The position numbers and the translations under genes are program-made. Positions 23,996 through 33,890 of a DNA stretch of 64,000 nt are shown piece after piece; position 1 is the first letter of the stretch; the number at the start of each line of letters is the position of its first letter. The notes under the pieces are model-generated. The model did not search any database and had not been told where the DNA came from. It saw only the letters and a program-made list of their open reading frames with translations. Where the stretch lies: the sequence record OQ790161.1, one strand, 5' to 3'.

Positions 23996-25099
23996 ATGTC
24001 GTTGAACAAACCCAGTGAGCTGTTGGTCATCGACTTGATCAACCAAGACAACAACCGCAGTTTCACCGATGCGCAAATCAACATTCGCAGCGTGCTTCCT
24101 TACAACGGTGCGCGCGATCGCAACAGTCGGGCAGTGGGCGAAGGCATTGAAGGCAGTGGGTACTTCGGTACCCAACCGCTGTTTTACAACCGCTTGGAAT
24201 TGGACACGGTACTGGCCAACAACGATCCGGAAGGATTGGAGTTGATGGTACCCAATGACGGACAGATCGATACGGTCGAAGTACTGGATCGACTGAACCG
24301 CATGTTCAGTCTGCAACTGCGCGAAGATGACGTCATCAAGACGGCCGTGGACACTGAAGCATTGCCTGCCACGATCACCCTGCAAGCCAGTCCCGACTCC
24401 CTGGCGTGGCTCGGGTCCAAGATCATGACGTTCGTACCGGATCGCCCCATGTGGGCGCCCACGTTCGCCTCCTTGGTCCTTGATGGCTTTAAGCTCCCCA
24501 CTGGCGATGTCAGTGCCTTGACCGACCCGGTGGCGACGCCCAATAGCGGACCCACCTTCCGTGACGAAGAAGGCCACATGATGTTTGGCACGGACGTGCC
24601 GGCCACGGCGATGTTGATGTCTACCAATTCGGAGTTGGAGTTGGGCATTGGTGCGCGCAATGCGGATGGTTCGATTGTCTTCCCCGACAGCGACAACAGC
24701 TACACGCTGGCCTTGCTGGATCAGGCAACGTGGAAGGTGGTGTATTCGGTCGGACTGCTGGACGAAGGCGATCTCAATGACCTCTACACCACGTGTCTGG
24801 TCATTACCCGCACAGACAACACCACCTGTACGTTGGTCTTGAAAAAGACCGGCGCTGTCTACGAGTGGGAATGTGTGGACAAGGGCGTGTTGATCCCGGT
24901 GGACCACACCGATGGCGATGGTGGACTGATCCAAGGCTTCTTGGATGCCGAGACGCTTCGGGAAGCACTGATGCCTGCAGCCAACAGTTCGGCCGGTGCC
25001 CCGTTGGGCGCCTACAGCGTACGTCTGCAAGCACGCCGCAAGAACAGCATCGCACCCCGCCTGATCGCCACGATCTTGATCAAGGCCTACAACAACTAA
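23996..25099 (+). CDS. Virion paralog-family protein with extra C-terminal domain
   Basis: VIDLINQDN, FYNRLEL, LNRMFSLQL, PDSLAWLG then ~220 aa extension. Confidence 0.7.
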   Translation: MSLNKPSELLVIDLINQDNNRSFTDAQINIRSVLPYNGARDRNSRAVGEGIEGSGYFGTQPLFYNRLELDTVLANNDPEGLELMVPNDGQIDTVEVLDRLNRMFSLQLREDDVIKTAVDTEALPATITLQASPDSLAWLGSKIMTFVPDRPMWAPTFASLVLDGFKLPTGDVSALTDPVATPNSGPTFRDEEGHMMFGTDVPATAMLMSTNSELELGIGARNADGSIVFPDSDNSYTLALLDQATWKVVYSVGLLDEGDLNDLYTTCLVITRTDNTTCTLVLKKTGAVYEWECVDKGVLIPVDHTDGDGGLIQGFLDAETLREALMPAANSSAGAPLGAYSVRLQARRKNSIAPRLIATILIKAYNN

Positions 25100-25108
25100 G
25101 GACCGCCC

Positions 25109-25549
25109 ATGGCTATCTTCGATGTAAGTCCGCCAGAGGCCGAAATGCTGGCGCCGTTGATTGCTGCCAAGATCGGATCGGCAGTCAGTCCCGGTGGTAT
25201 TGTGTTGGGCGAACCGGAAGTACTGGTTGGCCATCGCAACACTGCTGTGTCCTGCGCCTTCCGTGACGGCAGCGGTCGCCCGCCCCGTCGTCTGAAGTAC
25301 CACCGCTATGAATTGAACCGCCTGTTCCCACAGGCAGTTCGGCATGTGCGTGTGGCCCAGATCGAGATCCAAGAGATCTTGTACCGCTTCATGGAGACCT
25401 TTAGCATCCGCTTTTCGGCAGATGACTTTGTGATCCATTCGGTGGTGGACAACGGCCTGTACAAGGATGTGACCTTGCGCCCTGTGGAGGGCTCACTGAA
25501 GTTTGTCGGTGAGATTACCTTCCAGTGTGAGATCTTCATCCCCGACTGA
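25109..25549 (+). CDS. Virion paralog-family protein
   Basis: YHRYELNRL, FSIRFSADD, EGSLKFVGE. Confidence 0.7.
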   Translation: MAIFDVSPPEAEMLAPLIAAKIGSAVSPGGIVLGEPEVLVGHRNTAVSCAFRDGSGRPPRRLKYHRYELNRLFPQAVRHVRVAQIEIQEILYRFMETFSIRFSADDFVIHSVVDNGLYKDVTLRPVEGSLKFVGEITFQCEIFIPD

Positions 25550-25583
25550 CATAGACCCCCGCCCCGAAGGGCGGGGGCTTATG
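25550..25583. terminator. Bidirectional CATA-hairpin-TATG module
   Basis: cata-ga-cccccgccc-cgaa-gggcggggg-ct-tatg. Confidence 0.8.
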
Positions 25584-25586
25584 CCG

Positions 25587-27713
25587 TCAAACGTGTACCA
25601 GTCGTTCAAAGCCATTGCCGTAGGGCAGGGCCACGTTGAACGATTCGAACGAAGGCATGCCCTCATCCAAGATCTCGTTCATGGTTGCTTCAAAGCTGAT
25701 GACGCTCTCATCGATCTCCAGACTTTCCAGCGACGCGATATAGCCATCCATGGTCTTGGCCGCTTCCCCGTTGTAGTCAGCGCCCATGATCAGTGCAACC
25801 TGCTCACGGGACCACTCCAAGATTTCCTTGGAACGGGTGGAGATATTCGGCTCCTTGCCAGTGTCCAGATAGATGAAGACGAACTTGACCGGCGTGTCCT
25901 GACCCAGACGATCCACACGGGCCTTGGCCTGCACCAGCTCGTGATCGCGGAAGGGTACGTTCAAGAAGATCTCTTGGTCGGCCATGATCAACGGCACCGC
26001 GGTGGAGAGCGAGGGGAAGGTCGCCACCAACGGATTGACGGTGGGATCGTGTTCAAAGCTACCCACGTTCTGCGCCAAGTCCTTGTTGGTCTCACCGAAC
26101 ACCAGCATCGGCTTCATGCCCATGCCCTTGAAGATCTCGCTGGCCTTCTTGACCACCTCAACGTAACTGGTGAACACCACGGTCTTCTTTTCCGAGGCTG
26201 CCATGATCGACTTAAAATCGATGTATTGGAGCATCTCGGTGTGCAAGCGCGAGCGTGCCTTACCCAGCACCGAACCCAGTGCCTCGCCCATCACCTTCAG
26301 GTTGACGTACTTGATGACCGACTTGGCCGACTTGAACAGCTTCTTGTCTTCATTGGACAAGGTGGGCATGATCAGCTTGACTTCGTAGTCGTTGCAGTAC
26401 TTCATCTCATCTTTGGTGTAGCGCGGATCAGGATTCTTCTTGACGATCTCCACGTTGGTCTTGTAGAGCTTGAATCCTTCGGCCACCTGCGAGGTCCAAC
26501 CACGTCCGTTCTTGAGCGAGCTGACGTAGTGTTCCAGACACGCGTTGTAGGTGTCTTCGTAGGTCTTGTAGTTCTTCTTGTAGTACTCCATGCGCTCGGC
26601 GATGAACTCACTCATGGCCTTGGAGATCGAGGCCAAGGTATACTCGTTGCCGTTGGGCATCTGGACAGCGATGGTCTTCTCGGTGGGCTTGTTGTCCACC
26701 ACAGCCGCCTTCTCAACCTTGAAGTTGATCTTGGCCATGCGATGACGCAAGATGTCCAGCGCACGCTGCGCGTTGATGCCAAAGACCTGACGGAAGCTAC
26801 CTTCGGCGTCCTTGTCAAACAGCGGATCGATGGTCTTGAGCAGCGGGATGCACTCACCACCCAACGCCTTGATCGGGGTACCCGAGGACCAGATCACGTT
26901 CTCACTCTTGGCCGTGGCACACATGTCGATGAACATGTTGGTCCGGTTGGACTTCATGTCATTGAAGTTGTGCGACTCATCGAGGATGATGGTCACCTTA
27001 CCGCTGAGCTGACGCACCACGTGCATCACCTTCTCCAGCGACTCAAAGTGGGTCAGCAGGAACTTCTCACGAGCGTAGGGTTTGCCCTCACCGGCGATCC
27101 ACACTTTCTGGGCCACCTTGTACTCGGGCTTTTCCTTACCGCACAGTGCTTCGTTCCAGACGCGGTAGACTGCGTTCTTGGGTGAGACGATGATGACATA
27201 ATCCGAATGCAGCATTTCAGCCAGCATCAGATTGGTCAGGGTCTTACCCGAACCGGCCGCTGCCGAGAGCAGGTAACCATGCAGACCCAAGGCCACACGT
27301 CCGTACTCGTAGACATCGAAGAACTCGGCTTGGTGAGGCAGTGGGGTCTTGTGGAACAAGCTCAGCTTGGAGCGATCCAGCAGCTTGGGGTGTTGCTTAC
27401 CCTCTTCCAGGTTGGCCAGCCACGTGTTGGCCTCCAGTTCCCGGATGGCTTGTTGGATGACTTTGGTGGAGGTGAAGTTACGCCGGTTCTTGAGTAACCG
27501 GGTGAGCATGTAGTGGACTTCCAGTGCATAGAACAGCTTGAACTGGATCGAACGTCGCCCGAACTCCGTGAACATGTACTTGTTGATCTTGGAGGTGGAC
27601 CAGGTCTGCTCGATGTCCTTGGCCAGCGACAGAGCACCTACGCCGCCGATGGTAATGCGGTCATTCTTTTGCTCGACATGTACAATGCCCAGCATGTTCT
27701 TAAGGAAGGCCAT
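25587..27713 (-). CDS. SF2 (SNF2/DEAD-like) helicase
   Basis: Walker A AAGSGKT, DESH, SGTP, QAKARVDRLGQ. Confidence 0.9.
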   Translation of the reverse strand: MAFLKNMLGIVHVEQKNDRITIGGVGALSLAKDIEQTWSTSKINKYMFTEFGRRSIQFKLFYALEVHYMLTRLLKNRRNFTSTKVIQQAIRELEANTWLANLEEGKQHPKLLDRSKLSLFHKTPLPHQAEFFDVYEYGRVALGLHGYLLSAAAGSGKTLTNLMLAEMLHSDYVIIVSPKNAVYRVWNEALCGKEKPEYKVAQKVWIAGEGKPYAREKFLLTHFESLEKVMHVVRQLSGKVTIILDESHNFNDMKSNRTNMFIDMCATAKSENVIWSSGTPIKALGGECIPLLKTIDPLFDKDAEGSFRQVFGINAQRALDILRHRMAKINFKVEKAAVVDNKPTEKTIAVQMPNGNEYTLASISKAMSEFIAERMEYYKKNYKTYEDTYNACLEHYVSSLKNGRGWTSQVAEGFKLYKTNVEIVKKNPDPRYTKDEMKYCNDYEVKLIMPTLSNEDKKLFKSAKSVIKYVNLKVMGEALGSVLGKARSRLHTEMLQYIDFKSIMAASEKKTVVFTSYVEVVKKASEIFKGMGMKPMLVFGETNKDLAQNVGSFEHDPTVNPLVATFPSLSTAVPLIMADQEIFLNVPFRDHELVQAKARVDRLGQDTPVKFVFIYLDTGKEPNISTRSKEILEWSREQVALIMGADYNGEAAKTMDGYIASLESLEIDESVISFEATMNEILDEGMPSFESFNVALPYGNGFERLVHV

Positions 27714-27752
27714 GGCCTATGGTCCTGTGAAAAGACAAAGTCATAAGATGGG

Positions 27753-27780
27753 CATAAGCCCCCGCCCGAAGGCGGGGGTT
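27753..27780. terminator. Hairpin terminator (minus strand UUCG loop)
   Basis: cata-agcccccgcc-cgaa-ggcgggggtt. Confidence 0.7.
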
Positions 27781-27785
27781 GATAC

Positions 27786-28679
27786 TCAGGCACCGCTCCA
27801 ATCGATGGAGTGGAACATCCACTCTTCGATAGCTTCCACGGCAAGCTCGGCATCGAGCTGGAGAGACCACAGCAAGCCGGTCCAACCGTACTCGACGTAC
27901 TTGCGAGCAAACAGTTCCAGCAAGCGATCGTCGTTGGCGTCAAAGGCCAGCTCCACTACACGACGCAGCGGTGCGCGTTCACCTTCGTACGGACCGTACA
28001 GCTCCACCGGACGCGGCGCGCGGCAGTTCTCCAAACGCTTGACGACGTCCTTGACGGCCTTGGCCAGGGTTTGGATTTCCGCCGCCGTCAATGCCGGCAA
28101 CTGCTCCGGCAGAGGAGCCGGTTTGGGGTTGTAACCGGTGACCGGATTCCCGTGACGATCAAAACCGATGTTGTCCACACCGATCAGTTGGTTCGCTTCA
28201 CTGCGTGCCAGCTTGTAAGGGAACAGCCGTCCACCGTCTGCCGACTTGAGCATGATCTGCAACGCCTGATCATCGTCATGTCCTTCGATCGCTCGCGCCA
28301 TCTCAAACATCCACGCCAGGATGCGCTTTTCACCCTTGGCCGCTTCTTTGAGCAGGCGCTCCAAGATAGTGACGTGGGTGCGCAAACGGGTGGCCACGTC
28401 ATTGGCCTTGGTAGCATCACCCAGCAGCCGTCCAGCAATGCGCTTGCCCGGTACGCTATCGGTACGCAACTTGAGCTTGCGCATTTCATTGGCGTTGCTG
28501 AGTGAGGCCAACAACTGGTCTTGCTGAAGATAATCCAGCTTGGTGGTGACCTCATCTTTCTTAACGGTCTTCTCTGGTTCAGGCTTACCACCGAACAGAT
28601 TTTTGAGTTTGTCGAAGAATCCTTCTTGACTAACCGTCAGTCTTTGTTGCTGGAAATGTTGCTGAAGTTTGGTGGCCAT
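27786..28679 (-). CDS. Putative internal head protein of phiKZ type
   Basis: N-terminal VSQE-GFFDKLKNLFG resembles S-x-E prohead-protease processing sites of phiKZ head proteins. Confidence 0.6.
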   Translation of the reverse strand: MATKLQQHFQQQRLTVSQEGFFDKLKNLFGGKPEPEKTVKKDEVTTKLDYLQQDQLLASLSNANEMRKLKLRTDSVPGKRIAGRLLGDATKANDVATRLRTHVTILERLLKEAAKGEKRILAWMFEMARAIEGHDDDQALQIMLKSADGGRLFPYKLARSEANQLIGVDNIGFDRHGNPVTGYNPKPAPLPEQLPALTAAEIQTLAKAVKDVVKRLENCRAPRPVELYGPYEGERAPLRRVVELAFDANDDRLLELFARKYVEYGWTGLLWSLQLDAELAVEAIEEWMFHSIDWSGA

Positions 28680-28854
28680 GTCCGTATTGGTAAGGTGGTT
28701 GACATACTATTGAGCGGTTGTGAAGACGCGATTGAACCGTATTTCAGAACTATAACACTACAGTGAACCAGCAACGGAAACAGTAATAAATCCCCTAGCT
28801 GCGCTAGCGTATATTCCGCCCATGTCAAAGAGGTCAACCTCAGAGGAGACACCC

Positions 28855-29109
28855 ATGGTTAACACCGAACGCGAACGGCTGAATCGTCGTATCCGCACTT
28901 TGCCCAAAGACAAGAAGCGCTCGCTCAAGAGCTATCGGCAGTACCTCACTGCTGAACACAATGTGCGCAAGCGCAAGGTCCCCATGGCCTTCGTTCCGCG
29001 CACCAACAAGCCGGGGTTCTTCGAAGCAGTGGATGTCATCCCGCTGTGTCACAAGTTCCTGGACGATCTGGACGTCCCGGCTGATACGCCCGCACCCCGC
29101 GTGCACTGA
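28855..29109 (+). CDS. Basic hypothetical protein
   Basis: GAGGAG RBS before ATG 28855. Confidence 0.7.
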   Translation: MVNTERERLNRRIRTLPKDKKRSLKSYRQYLTAEHNVRKRKVPMAFVPRTNKPGFFEAVDVIPLCHKFLDDLDVPADTPAPRVH

Positions 29110-29157
29110 AAGCTCTGTACATCGAAGTATCCCAAAGGTAAACCTTAAGGACCTGTA

Positions 29158-30864
29158 ATGAAAATTGGAATCATCGGCCTGCGTCCCCGTCAGATCAGCG
29201 ATATGCAGAAGCGTAAGCTGCAAGGCGACTTCGTCTACTACAATGAGAAGTACCTCAGCGCTGCTGCCTCGCTCAGTTTCACGCGGGATAAGGACTTGGT
29301 GTTTGTCCAGAACTCGGGCATGCCCAAAACGAGCATCCAAGCGATTCCGCGTGGTGAGAACACTTACTTCAATGTCAACCAAGGCGGCAGCATCAGCTCG
29401 CTGCTGACGATCATGGAAGAAGCGTTCGCAGAACGTGGCTTGGAGCTCTACGAGAAAGAGGCAACGGCTCCTGAGGCCGCCGAGGAACCCAAGCGCAAAG
29501 CCGAACCCGCCACTGCCAAAGCACAGGCAGTCGCTAACGGCAAGCCCAAGCGCGATAAGATGGTGGTCAATGCCACCTTGGGTGATCTGCTGGTGGAAGC
29601 CTTGGCTCGCAAGGGTAAGGACCAGCAGTTGAGTTCGGTCGTCCCTGAAGGCCGCACCACCGAGTACACCGCGCCGGTGGCTGAACTGTACGTCTATGAC
29701 GGCAGCACCACGGCGAACGTTGAAGCGCGTCTGGCTCGTGCCTCTATTGGCGAGATCACCCGCTTCAGCTATACCCCGCAGGCCGATACGTTCTCGGCTC
29801 GCTTGGTAACGGTGCGTAACTTGGTGGAGTATCTCAACCGTAAACACTTGGTGGACATCGAAGCCCATCTGTACGATGAGTTCGTGGACTTCCAGGTGAT
29901 GACGCCGTTTGAGACGCTGCTGCCCAAGCAGGAAGAGCCCGCTCCGGTGGAAACGGTGACTGAAGCACCCGTTCAGGAAAAGCCGGCGGTGGCATTGCCG
30001 GTGGATGAGGTGGTGGAGCAGTCCATCGCTTCGGACGTTCCTGAAGGTCGCCGTTCGCAGTACCTGCTGCCCAAGACGGACATCGACATCAACTACCCCA
30101 ACTCGGGTGGCGTGCAGAACTACAGCATCTTGCAGGCGGCTTTGCCGGGTGATGTGGTTCGCTTTGCTCGTCCGGAACACCTGAGCCTGTCCTTGTGGCG
30201 CAGTCGTATCACCTCTATGCGTCACTATCAGTGGAGGCACAAGGGTATCTTGCTGGAAGCGCACTTCTACAACGAGTACGTGGACATCAAGGTCATGCAC
30301 ATTGATGAATCTCAGATCCCGACCAACACCGACAACTGGACCCTCAAGGAACGGGCGGAGCCGATCAACGAGTCGCGCGACATGGGCGAACGTGAGAGCT
30401 TCCTCGTAACTGAAGAAGGTCTGCCGGCTGAACGTGTGGGTGCGGAGATGGAGTTCGATGACCTGATCGATACTACGGATGAGGATAAGTTGCGTCGGGA
30501 GTTTGACGCAGTGATGTCCGACCCGAAGGTGGCTCAGCAGATCGGCACCGAAATCAACAACGCAGGGATGGTTGTGTTGGAAGATGCCGACAGCATCGAC
30601 CCGAGCCATCACCAAGCGTTGCTGGGTTTGACGGTCGTCCCCAATCCGGATGCTGAAATCGAGGCGCTGGGTGAGGCGGGCAATATCGCCGAACAGCAAC
30701 AGCCGGTCGTTCCGGAAAGCCCGAAGTTCCTCGACGCCACCAAGGGTGAGAAGAAGTTCTGGCGCATCATCTTCCTGGCTGAGTTTGACATCACCGGGGA
30801 CATTGACGTAGCAACGGCGAAAGCTGACGCTGCTATGGCAGTGCATAAGGCGCGGTTCGGCTAA
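29158..30864 (+). CDS. Hypothetical protein with duplicated ~60-aa domain
   Basis: 568 aa; two copies of L..A..G..RF...EAH.Y.E.VD..VM. Confidence 0.8.
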   Translation: MKIGIIGLRPRQISDMQKRKLQGDFVYYNEKYLSAAASLSFTRDKDLVFVQNSGMPKTSIQAIPRGENTYFNVNQGGSISSLLTIMEEAFAERGLELYEKEATAPEAAEEPKRKAEPATAKAQAVANGKPKRDKMVVNATLGDLLVEALARKGKDQQLSSVVPEGRTTEYTAPVAELYVYDGSTTANVEARLARASIGEITRFSYTPQADTFSARLVTVRNLVEYLNRKHLVDIEAHLYDEFVDFQVMTPFETLLPKQEEPAPVETVTEAPVQEKPAVALPVDEVVEQSIASDVPEGRRSQYLLPKTDIDINYPNSGGVQNYSILQAALPGDVVRFARPEHLSLSLWRSRITSMRHYQWRHKGILLEAHFYNEYVDIKVMHIDESQIPTNTDNWTLKERAEPINESRDMGERESFLVTEEGLPAERVGAEMEFDDLIDTTDEDKLRREFDAVMSDPKVAQQIGTEINNAGMVVLEDADSIDPSHHQALLGLTVVPNPDAEIEALGEAGNIAEQQQPVVPESPKFLDATKGEKKFWRIIFLAEFDITGDIDVATAKADAAMAVHKARFG

Positions 30865-30868
30865 GTGC

Positions 30869-30898
30869 CATAGGTCCCCACCCTTCGGGGTGGGGACC
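30869..30898. terminator. UUCG hairpin terminator
   Basis: ggtccccaccc-ttcg-gggtggggacc. Confidence 0.75.
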
Positions 30899-30989
30899 GT
30901 GAAAGTAGTAACGAAGAGATTTTCAGAACTATACTGTTCTGGTGAACTCAGTCGCAATTGATCCATCTCACTGTAAACAGGAGTAGTGC

Positions 30990-31385
30990 ATGTACAAGCT
31001 GGTAGATTCAGAGAAAGTGCAAGAGTTGGAAACCGCTCTTGCTTCGGTGTGAGTCCATGCGGACTGCATGCATTACCTGCCATTGGCCGGTCAGTTGGAT
31101 GTGCTGCGTACGCTGCCCTTGAGGACTGCTCAGCGTCGCCTGGTCGACCAGAAGTTGTTGGACATGCCGGTGGTGGTCGAGTTCGACGCTACCAGCTTCC
31201 ACAACAAGGTCTACGTCAAGTCGCCTGCTGGTTGGGCCGATGTGACCTCGGCACTGCAAGAAGATCTGTGCAACCTCACGATGGGGATGATTCCGATCGA
31301 CCCCGCCGATGCTGCCGACTTCTTGACGGGCCATCGCAATTCGTTGTACACGCTGCAAGCCCTGGCGGCAATCCGTCACGGTTAA
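30990..31385 (+). pseudogene. Gene with in-frame TGA at codon 21; paralog of 31459..31872
   Basis: CAGGAG RBS at ATG 30990, same frame as 31068 ORF, TGA at 31050-31052; VYVKSPAGWADVT vs VYVLSPIGWVNVT. Confidence 0.6.
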
Positions 31386-31396
31386 CCCCTCTTCCC

Positions 31397-31424
31397 AAGC
31401 CCCGCTCTCAGAGCGGGGTTTATG
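31397..31424. terminator. Hairpin followed by TATG
   Basis: aagccccgctc-tca-gagcggggtt-tatg. Confidence 0.7.
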
Positions 31425-31458
31425 CCGTCTTCCACCTCACTGTCAACAGGAGTTTCCC

Positions 31459-31872
31459 ATGATCGTTCTCAATCCCACCGAATCCAACGTCGCCCTCGAT
31501 GAAATCCTGGTCAAGGGTAAGCGTATCTTCACCAGCGCCCATTCCTTCTCCAACGATTCGGAGAAGCTGGCTGCCTGCCGTACGGCCACGATGTTCTTCT
31601 CCCGCCACGGTTTGGCCGACATCAAGATCGGCGACATGATGACGGTCGTGATCGCGGTGAGTGAGCAGTCCAATGCGGTCTATGTTCTCTCTCCGATCGG
31701 CTGGGTCAATGTCACCAACGCCACGGCGCTGGAACTGGCGGAAGTCTCGCTGGGTATCATGCATGACCGCCCGACCGCCCGTCAGGTGTTTAACCCCACC
31801 GGTTCGCTGTTGGGTGATCTGTTCATGGCTGTCCTCGCCGGCGTCGGCGAAGCAGTTACCAAAACCAAGTAA
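31459..31872 (+). CDS. Hypothetical protein
   Basis: CAGGAG RBS. Confidence 0.8.
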   Translation: MIVLNPTESNVALDEILVKGKRIFTSAHSFSNDSEKLAACRTATMFFSRHGLADIKIGDMMTVVIAVSEQSNAVYVLSPIGWVNVTNATALELAEVSLGIMHDRPTARQVFNPTGSLLGDLFMAVLAGVGEAVTKTK

Positions 31873-31899
31873 TCCCTCACTGTCAATCAGGAGTTTCCA

Positions 31900-32187
31900 A
31901 TGGCCGCTCGCCAGATCCGCGAAATCAGCGTCAACAGTATTGCCAAGTTCCATGCCACCACCATCGGTGACACCGTACAAGTGTACAACAATGAACAGCT
32001 GAGTCGCGTTGAGAAGGGCGTGCCGTTCAAGGCCCTGTTCAACCATGACCAGGCTGTGGGTCTGATGACCGAGCGTGGCTTGGCTCTGATCTACGCCAGC
32101 CCGCGTCAGGGTCGTGTCTTCGGTGATGCCGACGATACGGTCAACTGGAGCGAAGCCATGGGTCGTCTGTCCCAGTCGCTCAACTAG
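31900..32187 (+). CDS. Hypothetical protein
   Basis: CAGGAG RBS. Confidence 0.8.
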   Translation: MAARQIREISVNSIAKFHATTIGDTVQVYNNEQLSRVEKGVPFKALFNHDQAVGLMTERGLALIYASPRQGRVFGDADDTVNWSEAMGRLSQSLN

Positions 32188-32266
32188 AACGTAGATACAG
32201 TCCCTGGTTCGCCGGGGACTGCAGTGTACGTTTTACCCACCCCTCTCTTTTCCAAGGAGCTTCACC

Positions 32267-32590
32267 ATGTTCGCTTCCCTGACTACTGTTGACAAGCTGT
32301 TCGGCTTTGGTTTCCTGACCGTGGCCGTGCTGACCTTCATTGGCCTGACTGTGATCACCGCCAACCTGCACCGCAACATCCACAGCGATGCCATCTACAA
32401 CTGCATGATGTCGCGTCTGGCCATCGGTGCACTGTTCGTGCTGTTCATCCTCCCGGCCTTCTATTTCGCCGCCAAGGGCTTCCCCTTCGCCGGCGCTTGC
32501 ACTATGATCCTGGCTGGTATCGCCAGCTACTCCACTGACCGCCTGAGCATCCGTGCGCGTCAGATCCTGATTCAGCGTCACTACATCTAA
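32267..32590 (+). CDS. Hypothetical membrane protein
   Basis: AAGGAG RBS; three TM segments. Confidence 0.8.
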   Translation: MFASLTTVDKLFGFGFLTVAVLTFIGLTVITANLHRNIHSDAIYNCMMSRLAIGALFVLFILPAFYFAAKGFPFAGACTMILAGIASYSTDRLSIRARQILIQRHYI

Positions 32591-32644
32591 TCCCCCACCC
32601 CATTGCGTCGAAACGAATCGACGTTTACTACAAGGAGTTTCACC

Positions 32645-33073
32645 ATGCTTACTTCCGCCGCTGAGATCCCCAAGGTCGGCTTCAACGAGATGCTGACCAA
32701 CGTGCACATCAAGTGCCACGAAGATTCCCGCACCATCCTGGCACGCGTCCACAGCGCGCTGCCGCTGCACCCGTTCGATCCCAAGTGGAAGGGCGCCACT
32801 GGCTACTTTGATGGGCTCTCCCGTCAGCTCGACTTCGACTGCGGTACCGGCTTTGCCTCCATCGATGACAACGGTCGTCGCTTGGTGGTGCTGCCGGGTG
32901 AGTATGGTCCGATGATCTACTTCGATCGTTTCGGTGACCACACCGGTCCGGTGGTGTGCAATGGACACATGGCTGACCTGGCTCCGTCGTGGAGTGCGGT
33001 GGGCAATACCAACTCCGGTTGGTGTGCCGATACCGATCAGGTGATGGAGCCGCTGATCCGTCAGCTGCGCTAA
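32645..33073 (+). CDS. Hypothetical protein
   Basis: AAGGAG RBS before ATG 32645. Confidence 0.75.
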   Translation: MLTSAAEIPKVGFNEMLTNVHIKCHEDSRTILARVHSALPLHPFDPKWKGATGYFDGLSRQLDFDCGTGFASIDDNGRRLVVLPGEYGPMIYFDRFGDHTGPVVCNGHMADLAPSWSAVGNTNSGWCADTDQVMEPLIRQLR

Positions 33074-33080
33074 GGCACAC

Positions 33081-33106
33081 GCCCCAGTCCCTTCGGGGAC
33101 TGGGGT
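33081..33106. terminator. UUCG hairpin
   Basis: ccccagtccc-ttcg-gggactgggg. Confidence 0.7.
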
Positions 33107-33172
33107 CGTCTGAGATCTCTTTTCTTTTGGTTATCCTATGGACCAACGTCTATAACGCAACGGAGAAGGGAC

Positions 33173-33853
33173 ATGATTCCCATCGCTTGGCTCGCAGCAC
33201 TCAAGAAAGCGTGGGAGTATGTCACGCTTCGCAACATCGCCTACGTGGCTGGCCTGATCGTTTTGATCTTCGCCATGCACAAAGGCTACAACTGGATCTA
33301 TGACCGCGGCGCCTCTTCCCGCGATCAGGAAGTGGTTGATGCCCAGAAGTCTCAAAAGGACGCCGAGGACCGGTACGAGAAGTACAAGGGTACCTACGAC
33401 AACTGGGTTGCCAATACCAAGAAGGCTCAGGAGCAATACCTGAAGGAACAACTGGCCGACGTCGCTGCCCGACAGACGCGGTTGGAAGAAGCCGAGAAGG
33501 CTGCCCGCAACAAACCCACTACCATCAAAGAGGTTATCAAGTATGTCCCTGCCCAAGTGGATGCTACTTATCGTCTGCCTGTTGGTCTTGTCCGCCTGTA
33601 CGGGGAAAGTCTCCAAGGACGACCCGCCCGCACCGATTCCTTCGCTGAGCTTTCCCACGGCCTCGCCCTCAATGTTGGAGACGCGTCCGGCCTTGCTGTG
33701 TCCGAATTCGGACGAATCACAGCTTTCAACAACGCCGAGTGTGTCGTGCGTGGAGCGGTGATCTTGGAATGGCAGGACTGGTACAAGGTCAACAAGGCCA
33801 AGTTCGACGCTCTCCAGAAGCAGCAAGTCGACTCTGCTCCCAAGGCAGAGTAA
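33173..33853 (+). CDS. i-spanin (Rz-like)
   Basis: Single N-terminal TM then long coiled-coil; hosts an embedded lipoprotein ORF. Confidence 0.7.
   Translation: MIPIAWLAALKKAWEYVTLRNIAYVAGLIVLIFAMHKGYNWIYDRGASSRDQEVVDAQKSQKDAEDRYEKYKGTYDNWVANTKKAQEQYLKEQLADVAARQTRLEEAEKAARNKPTTIKEVIKYVPAQVDATYRLPVGLVRLYGESLQGRPARTDSFAELSHGLALNVGDASGLAVSEFGRITAFNNAECVVRGAVILEWQDWYKVNKAKFDALQKQQVDSAPKAE
33543..33761 (+). CDS. o-spanin (Rz1-like lipoprotein), fully embedded in the +1 frame
   Basis: GAGG RBS; signal peptide with lipobox LSAC; Pro-rich mature part (PPAPIPSLSFPTASP). Confidence 0.75.
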   Translation: MSLPKWMLLIVCLLVLSACTGKVSKDDPPAPIPSLSFPTASPSMLETRPALLCPNSDESQLSTTPSVSCVER

Positions 33854-33890
33854 TGCTGTGAGGTAACACTTTCGCACCAGGGGAAACACC

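Noticed and set aside
30990-31385. Genome-wide stop-codon reassignment
   Set aside because: TAA, TGA and TAG all terminate well-supported genes, and no suppressor tRNA is present
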